From a virus (Duplodnaviria; Caudoviricetes), in the IMG/VR virus record IMGVR_UViG_3300025114_000014, positions 1 to 36,898 of that record: a stretch of 36,898 nt of DNA; one strand, written 5' to 3'. The notes under the pieces were generated by a model. That model was not told the DNA's origin. It was given only the letters and a program-made list of their open reading frames with translations, and did not search any database. Both the position numbers and the translations under genes were made by a program. Of the stretch, positions 36,700-36,898 are shown in pieces. Position 1 is the first letter of the stretch. Each line of letters starts with the position of its first letter.

Positions 36700-36897
36700 T
36701 TAAACAGTAAGTGTGATTCCAGTGTCCTTGGAGCGAGCCTTTCTAAAATCTCCTTCGACAAGTAAATTCAAAGCCCGGCGCTTAAACCGATCCATCGATC
36801 CACCTGGAGTACTTAAACTACCAATCCGATTCTGGATATAAGTATGATTCTTATTTTCAATGGCATTAGCCATCCGAGTTGCATGCTGATGATGATC
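36700..36897 (-). CDS. Partial CDS (3' end), possibly DUF932-family
   Basis: Open frame from the window edge: ...DHHQHATRMANAIENKNHTYIQNRIGSLSTPGGSMDRFKRRALNLL...TV*; DH...R..S...G....K.RA..L loosely recalls the DUF932 C-terminus. Confidence 0.45.
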   Translation of the reverse strand, partial: DHHQHATRMANAIENKNHTYIQNRIGSLSTPGGSMDRFKRRALNLLVEGDFRKARSKDTGITLTV

Positions 36898-36898
36898 A

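Noticed and set aside
1-36898. Stop-codon reassignment, CRISPR array, tRNA genes or diversity-generating retroelement
   Set aside because: Standard-code ORFs tile the window and TAA, TAG and TGA all act as stops; no spaced repeats, cloverleaf, reverse transcriptase or template/variable repeat pair seen by eye.

Overview
AT-rich fragment of a large T4-like (contractile-tailed) phage genome, covering DNA packaging, tail and baseplate genes. It encodes the terminase large subunit, a gp3-like tail completion protein, an 882-aa tail sheath, tail tube, gp54/gp26/gp51/gp48/gp53/gp27/gp25/gp6-like baseplate proteins, a tape-measure-like protein, a displaced probable small terminase and about 13.6 kb of large outer baseplate/adhesin genes (PKD, CBM-like, L-type lectin, Calx-beta-like and LamG domains). 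Two non-structural islands interrupt it: rmlA, and dUTPase-ORF-clamp loader. Most notable: (1) a recurring T4-type late box (TAAATA) sits 5-7 nt before the start codon of ten genes, implying leaderless late mRNAs, including a 13-bp bidirectional promoter; (2) a nested in-frame gene with its own late promoter and RBS lies inside an acidic 470-aa protein; (3) a Leu-Ser-Ala/Gly tripeptide is enriched in surface-exposed virion proteins of a phage that carries RmlA, a candidate virion glycosylation system (inference; no glycosyltransferase in this window). All family calls come from motif recognition by eye; no database search was run. No tRNA, CRISPR array, intron, intein or recoded stop codon was seen.
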